A DNA stretch of 64,000 nt from Candidatus Freyarchaeum deiterrae (GTDB lineage Archaea > Asgardarchaeota > Jordiarchaeia > Jordiarchaeales > Jordiarchaeaceae): assembly GCA_037305845.1 (NCBI GenBank), contig CP147778.1, forward strand, positions 1,504,001 through 1,568,000, in the 5' to 3' direction. The translations under genes and the position numbers were made by a program. The notes under the pieces were generated by a model. It had not been told where the DNA came from, did not search any database, and saw nothing but the letters and a program-made list of their open reading frames with translations. This document shows, piece after piece, positions 58,239 to 64,000 of this stretch. The first letter of the stretch is position 1. Every line of letters begins with the position of its first letter.

Positions 58239-58435
58239 AATTCTTAAATCCTATTTTCAAAGTTTTGGATCATTCTCAAGCTAAACTTTGATACTGGAGG
58301 CGTCTGGAGAAATTTTTGGCAAAATTTTATTCACAATATAACGCATACCTGACTCCATATTAATAGTATTTTAATAAATATTTAGTTAGTACACAACTTG
58401 AAAAAGCCTATGTAAGAAAAAGAGTCCTGGTTACT

Positions 58436-59224
58436 TTAATTTTTAGTTTTGACAAAGTCCTTAACTTTTGCAGGGTCTACTGGGTTTTCCGTGATTTCGT
58501 TTTTTTTAAGCGCCGTGCCCACGATTATCCCATCGCATAGGGTAAGGTACTTTTGAAGATTATTTTTATTAACACCGCTTCCAGCTAAAACTTTTGATTC
58601 GGGAATTTTTTCTTTGATTTTTTTGATTTTATTTATATCCGCTTCCATGCCGGTGCTTTCTCCCGTTACTATTAACGCGTCTGCCAAGGAACGGTTTAGA
58701 AGCTCGTAAGCCTCTAGTTCTACTGGTCGTTCCTCTAACCTTATAGCGTGTTTAACATGAACATCAGCGAATAGTTTAACATCTCCCGCCCCCAGGGCTT
58801 TTCTGAAACGTAGCACCTTACAAGCCTCGGATTCAACTAAGCCCTGATCAGTTATCACTATACCGCTGAGTACGTTTACTCTCACAAATTTCCCACCTAC
58901 CACGTAAGCGATTGAAAGTGCTGCAAAGGTATCGTTCCGCAAAACGTTAATTCCTAAGGGTAAATCGATTTTCTCAATCAATCTTGTGGCGATATAAGTC
59001 ATTGATGCCACTGTTTCAATGCCTACCCTGTTAGGATAGAAGGGAGCATCACCATAGTTTTCAATGATTAATCCATTCATTCCTCCCGTTGAATAAGCCT
59101 CTGCATCCTTCAGCGCTCTTTCATAAATCTCCTTAAGAGAAAGCTCATGTCGCGGAGAACCCGGAAGAGGCGGAAGATGGATCACACCGATTAGAGGTTT
59201 ATCACACTTGAAAACATCCCACAT
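58436..59224 (-). CDS. BtpA/SgcQ family protein
   Basis: GVIHLPPLPGSP, ENYGDAPF, GINVLRND, DVHVKH, VTG..TG, GSGV. Confidence 0.92.
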   Translation of the reverse strand: MWDVFKCDKPLIGVIHLPPLPGSPRHELSLKEIYERALKDAEAYSTGGMNGLIIENYGDAPFYPNRVGIETVASMTYIATRLIEKIDLPLGINVLRNDTFAALSIAYVVGGKFVRVNVLSGIVITDQGLVESEACKVLRFRKALGAGDVKLFADVHVKHAIRLEERPVELEAYELLNRSLADALIVTGESTGMEADINKIKKIKEKIPESKVLAGSGVNKNNLQKYLTLCDGIIVGTALKKNEITENPVDPAKVKDFVKTKN

Positions 59225-59402
59225 AAAACGACCTCAAATGATTTTATTATTTAACCTGTTTTAGATTTTAGTTTAAAAATATAATTATTTAAGTTACCTT
59301 AATAAAGAGTTGAAGCCTCTAAAATTATTTGTATCTTTTAAAGTTACGCCCCGAGAACAGATTGGATAAAAATGGAATTAAAAGAAATTTGAGGTGTGGA
59401 TT

Positions 59403-59858
59403 ATGTCTATTAAACTTGAGGACATTATGGTTAAGGATGTTTTAACTATTGATGTTTCTGAAAGCGTATTAAACGCAACCAAAAAAATGAATGATAGAAA
59501 GGTTGGCAGTATAATTGCAGTTGACAAAGAAAAACCGCTAGGAATTATAACTGAAAGAGACGTACTAAGCAAAATTGTTGTAGAAAGAAGGGATGCGGAA
59601 AAGACCAAGGTTAAAGAAGTGATGTCCAGTCCTCTCATTTCCGGCAAGCCTGAAATGAAACTTGAAGACGTTATCAAAATCATGGTTTTGAAAAGAATTA
59701 AAAAATTACCGATTCTAAAAAATGGAAAACTAGTTGGTATAATAACTCTTTTTGACATTGTTAGATGGAGTCCTATTGCATCTAATCTTCTCAGAGAAGC
59801 CTGCGAAACACAAGAAGTGCCCGAAAACATTAAGAAATATCTTATATCCGTTGAATGA
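59403..59858 (+). CDS. CBS-domain pair protein
   Basis: EDIMVKDV, GIITERD, KEVMSSP, GIITLFD. Confidence 0.9.
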   Translation: MSIKLEDIMVKDVLTIDVSESVLNATKKMNDRKVGSIIAVDKEKPLGIITERDVLSKIVVERRDAEKTKVKEVMSSPLISGKPEMKLEDVIKIMVLKRIKKLPILKNGKLVGIITLFDIVRWSPIASNLLREACETQEVPENIKKYLISVE

Positions 59859-59943
59859 AAAAAGAGTTCCCAAAAGGTTAAATTAACATAGAAAACACGG
59901 CAATTTTGAGAGAGAACTAAAAAGGATATAAGTAATGTTCGGT

Positions 59944-60357
59944 TCAGCTTTCCTCGCTTTTTTCTTGTGATTTTTCTTCCTCACCCTCAAACATTTCGGC
60001 TTCCTTAGATTTAAACCCGAACCATTTCTGAGCCTTCCCTTCAAACAAATCGTTTATGGCGCTCTCTATCTCTTTGCAGAGACCAGGCGATGAGACGGTA
60101 CAAGGACTACCGTCATACTGTTTACTTAAAGGGCAATTAAAGCAACTAACCGGTACATCTTTAACCAATCTCTCCTTCTCTCTGGCAATGTCTAGTAACT
60201 CATTCGGAAAAACAGACAGTGACGCCGCCGCATCAGTTTCACCACGAGTTTCACGTTTTTTAATCTCTTCCTTCATCTTTGGAACAGCCTTACGTGTTTC
60301 ACGCAGGAATTTCTTAGTGTCCTCCTCTTCTTTTTTCTTGTCAGGCATATTCCGCAC
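59944..60357 (-). CDS. Hypothetical charged protein with a four-Cys cluster
   Basis: CFNCPL..SPC..GLC within an E/K-rich sequence. Confidence 0.55.
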   Translation of the reverse strand: MRNMPDKKKEEEDTKKFLRETRKAVPKMKEEIKKRETRGETDAAASLSVFPNELLDIAREKERLVKDVPVSCFNCPLSKQYDGSPCTVSSPGLCKEIESAINDLFEGKAQKWFGFKSKEAEMFEGEEEKSQEKSEES

Positions 60358-60568
60358 CCGCTGAAATCATGATAAAAGATGTAAAAATAAGGCAGATAAT
60401 CATAAAAATAGGGCATTTCAATTCCTTTAAATCTATTCCTTAATGCAAATATAGGAGAAAAAAGGCAACTTTAATTTTTCAGGAATACAATAATTTTAAA
60501 CCAAAAAAACAAGACAAAAGACTTAACTTTTTTAAACAAAATAAAAGGAGCAAAAAAAGGAAAAGAAA

Positions 60569-61969
60569 TCACTGAGCGGCGAACGAGTACTTCTTATTCT
60601 GACGAGCCCAATTCACAGTTTCGGGGTCAACACGCTTAAGCTCACCCTCAGGGAACATACTCAACAAGTCCCAAGCCAGGTCAAGAGTCTGCTCAATGCT
60701 ACGCTCCTCATACTCACCCTGATTAATGAATTGCTTCTCAAAGCGGTCGGCAAAATCCAAAAACGTCCTATCACGAGGCAACAAAGCCTCCTCACCAACC
60801 ACAGCCACCAGAGCACGAAGGTCACACCCCTCACTATAGCCGTAGTACAACTGGTCACTAACCTCACGATGGTCAAAACGAGTGTGCTCCTTACCAATAC
60901 CCTCCTTCATCAACCGGCTGAGGGAAGGCCTAGGATCAATAGGGGGGTAGATTCCTCTCCTGTGCATAGCCTGATCAACAATGAGCTGACCCTCAGTAAT
61001 ATAGCCAGTCAAATCTGGAATGGGATGAGTGAGGTCGTAGTTGGGCATGGAGAGTACGGGCATTTGTGTGATTGTCCCTTTTCTTCCTTGTATTCTTCCT
61101 GCTCTTTCATATATTGATGCTAGGTCGGTGTATAGGTATCCGGGGTATCCTCTTCTTCCGGGTACTTCTTCTCGGGCGGCGGATATTTCTCGGAGTGCTT
61201 CTGCGTAGTTTGTCATGTCTGTGAGTATTACTAGCAGGTGTAGGTCTAGTTCGTATGCTAGGTATTCTGCGGCTGTTAGTGCGCATCGGGGGGTGATTAT
61301 TCGCTCGATTGCGGGGTCGTCTGCTAAGTTTAGGAACATTACTACGTTTTCTAGGGCGCCTGTTTTTTCGAAGTCTTGCCTGAAGTATCGGGCTTCTTCT
61401 GCAGTTATTCCCATGGCGGTGAATACCACTGCGAATTCTTCTTCTTTTCCCAGGACCTTTGCTTGTCTTGCTATTTGTGCCGCTATTCTGTTGTGGGGGA
61501 GTCCTGCTCCGGAGAATAGTGGTAGTTTTTGTCCTCTTACTAGGGAGTTCATTCCGTCTATTGAGCTGATTCCTGTTTGTATGAATTCTCGGGGGTATGC
61601 TCGGGCGTAGGGGTTGATTGGGGCGCCGTTTATGTCGAGTTCTGTTTCGCCTATTATGGGAGGCCCGCCGTCTATTGGTCGTGCTGAGCCGTCGAATACT
61701 CTTCCTAGGATATTTGTTGATAGGGATATTTTGAGGGGTTCTCCGGTGAATCTAACTGATGTTAGATCAGCATCGAGGCCGCGAGTGCCCTCAAATACTT
61801 GTATTATGGCTTTTCCACGTCCTACTTCTAATACGGTTCCTCTTCGTTTTTCTCCACTGGGGGTTTCAATGTTTACTACTTCGTTGTATGAGACGCCTTC
61901 TACTCCTTCTACTATTATCAGGGGGCCAGCCACTTCTGTGACTGTACGATAGATTCTTTGGGTGTACAT
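60569..61969 (-). CDS. atpB: A/V-type ATP synthase subunit B
   Basis: [53 protein letters not shown]. Confidence 0.95.
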   Translation of the reverse strand: MYTQRIYRTVTEVAGPLIIVEGVEGVSYNEVVNIETPSGEKRRGTVLEVGRGKAIIQVFEGTRGLDADLTSVRFTGEPLKISLSTNILGRVFDGSARPIDGGPPIIGETELDINGAPINPYARAYPREFIQTGISSIDGMNSLVRGQKLPLFSGAGLPHNRIAAQIARQAKVLGKEEEFAVVFTAMGITAEEARYFRQDFEKTGALENVVMFLNLADDPAIERIITPRCALTAAEYLAYELDLHLLVILTDMTNYAEALREISAAREEVPGRRGYPGYLYTDLASIYERAGRIQGRKGTITQMPVLSMPNYDLTHPIPDLTGYITEGQLIVDQAMHRRGIYPPIDPRPSLSRLMKEGIGKEHTRFDHREVSDQLYYGYSEGCDLRALVAVVGEEALLPRDRTFLDFADRFEKQFINQGEYEERSIEQTLDLAWDLLSMFPEGELKRVDPETVNWARQNKKYSFAAQ

Positions 61970-62135
61970 TTTCAACCTTCCATTTTTTGATTTTTTAACT
62001 TTTTTGGGGGTTTTAAGCATTAAGTGATTTTATGTGTTAATAATTTAGTTTTTGCGGGTTTGAGGGGGGTGGTGTTTCGTTTGGGTATTAGTTATTTTGG
62101 GTTTTAAAGCTTTGTGTTTTTATTTTTGTTGAGTG

Positions 62136-63146
62136 TTATAATGATTGTCTTAATGCAGCTTGGGCTATGGGGCGTCCTGCCTCGGCTATTGTTTCCATAG
62201 CGTCAAGTATTATTTGGAGGGTGACTACTCCTGGCATGTTGGTTTCTTTATCCATTTTGATTTCTGTTTCCCTTTTCTTTTCTTTTATTTTGGTTATTGT
62301 ATTTAGAGTGTCAACGGCATCTTGCACTTTGTGGAATAGGAAAGCTCCTGTTGCTTGTTGGATTAGTTGTAGTGTTTGTTTAAGTAACTCTATGGTTGCT
62401 TGATGGTGCTCGTTTTTTGGGGGGTGGGGTTGTTTGAGTACGGCTCGGCTCATGGTTTCTATGTTTTCGGCTATGTCGTTTATGGTTGTTACATAGGTTG
62501 TATAGTCTAATGTGTCCTGAGCCGTGAGTTCCATTTGTGTGAGGAGTGCAGGGTATTGGAGAGCTTTTCGAAGTTGTCGTACGATTCGCATGTGGTACTT
62601 GTATATGTTGTCGCGGCTCTGGATGATGGAGTCGGCGAGCGTTGTGTTGTTTTCTTGTAGAGCTTGGATGAGATTTTCTAGGAGTTCCAAGGTGGTTCTG
62701 CTGATTATGCGTATGAGTAAGGTGAGGTTTGTTTGCTGTATGCTCATAACATCCTGGAGGGTTATTTGGTTAGGGGTTTTGCTTATGATTTCGAAGCCCA
62801 AGAGGTTTTGTGTAATTTGGGTGATTTCTTGATATCTTTTTTGAGTGAAAGCTTGTTTTGAAGAGATATTAATTAAATCATGCCCACTGAGGTATCTGGT
62901 TTGTATTATCTGGTCTAAGAATTCTTTTGTAGGGTATTTCTGGCTATCAATAGTTGCGCTTAGTACACTTTGTTCGGCCACTACAGCGGGAGGGAGTAAG
63001 AGAAGTGAGCCATCAGAATTTTCCATGATGCTGATTTCCTGATCACTAGTGAGCTGGTTTCTTTTTGTCCACTCTCGTGGGAGGCTGATTATTAGAGTGT
63101 TACTAGACCCCCAACGAACCAGTTTACGGGTTTGCTTTTTTAACAA
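62136..63146 (-). CDS. AbrB-PhoU family phosphate-uptake regulator
   Basis: RKL...GSS.TLIISLPREW (AbrB/SpoVT-like), RYLSG.D, GFEII, followed by helical PhoU repeats. Confidence 0.8.
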   Translation of the reverse strand: MLKKQTRKLVRWGSSNTLIISLPREWTKRNQLTSDQEISIMENSDGSLLLLPPAVVAEQSVLSATIDSQKYPTKEFLDQIIQTRYLSGHDLINISSKQAFTQKRYQEITQITQNLLGFEIISKTPNQITLQDVMSIQQTNLTLLIRIISRTTLELLENLIQALQENNTTLADSIIQSRDNIYKYHMRIVRQLRKALQYPALLTQMELTAQDTLDYTTYVTTINDIAENIETMSRAVLKQPHPPKNEHHQATIELLKQTLQLIQQATGAFLFHKVQDAVDTLNTITKIKEKKRETEIKMDKETNMPGVVTLQIILDAMETIAEAGRPIAQAALRQSL

Positions 63147-63594
63147 AATTATAACCTCAGGGGTGAAAAATTTGTTATTCAGATATCTTTTTGTTAGGTT
63201 TAGTTACATGCTTTTGTTACAATTTTATAAATCCTTTAGGTTTTCTGAAATTTTTAACGAAATAAATGAAAATATTTATGTTTCAGTAATAAAAAATAAT
63301 GCTTTTTATGTAAATAAAAGTATTGAAAATACACCGTAAAGGTGGATGTAAATAACTAGTTTGGAAATTGTATGGAGCGAAGGTTTCCATATAGGAGGAG
63401 GACTGAGAGGAAAAAAAAGGTAACCTTCGCTCCAATTGAACATTTATAAAGAAACTTTTTGAATTTTTTGGAGAGTGCAACAGTTTTTTAATTATACAAT
63501 TATAACCTCGAAAAGGTTTCTAGTTATATTATGTGTGATGCGTAGAGGTGTTACTTGAAATTAGCCTTTTTTTGGGTTGCTGAGCTCTTTAGGT

Positions 63595-63816
63595 TTACTT
63601 TGAGGTTAGATAAAAAATAAAAATTTTTAAATCTGTTTTCCGGGAAACCGTTTTTTCTTCTTTTAATTTTAGGTTTAAAGCATCAATAAACATGTCAAGG
63701 TTTTCTGTATTTGGAATTAGATAATTTATTTCGCTTTTTAGCCAAGCGAGTTCTGACAAGTGGGGGGCGGCTTTGTTATAAGATTCCCAAACTTTGCCGA
63801 TGGACTTTTCATCCAA
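63595..63816 (-). CDS. Hypothetical protein (73 aa)
   Basis: GAGGT RBS upstream; no motif recognised. Confidence 0.5.
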   Translation of the reverse strand: MDEKSIGKVWESYNKAAPHLSELAWLKSEINYLIPNTENLDMFIDALNLKLKEEKTVSRKTDLKIFIFYLTSK

Positions 63817-64000
63817 TTTATTACCTCTCTTTTTATTATTCTTTTGGCAAGCGAAAGGGCTTTATTAAATGTGTTTGAACAGATTTAAAAGAGAGTAAGC
63901 AGGAATTTTAGAAACTCCTCATTTTAATAGAAGAATTATTTCTCTTCTGCCTCAATTATTGAGTAAGCTATAATAAAAATTATGGTAAGTAGCCCCAGTA

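Noticed and set aside
1256-63480. Numerous 60-215 aa ORFs antisense to or overlapping recognised genes (e.g. 20367-20984, 44159-44806, 41077-41553)
   Set aside because: Shadow ORFs produced by codon bias and strand skew; no motifs, and they overlap confident genes or tRNAs.

Overview
Core-chromosome segment of an archaeon, most likely Asgard (inferred from an ESCRT-II Vps25 homologue beside MIT-domain Vps4, plus Rpo8, PolB, class I LysRS, FtsZ and SepF). It holds about 65 mostly housekeeping protein genes (replication/repair, ribosomal-protein clusters, aminoacyl-tRNA synthetases, metabolism) and a more accessory block from about 45 to 60 kb. I found no CRISPR array, transposase, integrase or rRNA. 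The main result is in the intergenic DNA. By hand I reconstructed 14 tRNA genes carrying 31 bulge-helix-bulge (BHB) type introns. Three tRNAs (Arg-TCT, Ala-GGC, Phe-GAA) have four introns each, and introns sit at unusual positions (8/9, 9/10, 33/34, and 34/35 inside an anticodon). The two tRNAs with an intron next to the acceptor stem both carry a duplicated 'decoy' acceptor strand in the 5' leader. Two tRNAs encode C instead of the near-universal U33. Other observations: a vps4-vps25-sepF cluster, a tail-less uL10/P0, a short-type histone, an unexplained ~200-nt structured element upstream of radA, and repeated AC-to-GT strand-skew flips near tRNA loci. All protein calls come from motif recognition without database searches; tRNA and intron boundaries come from manual base-pairing.
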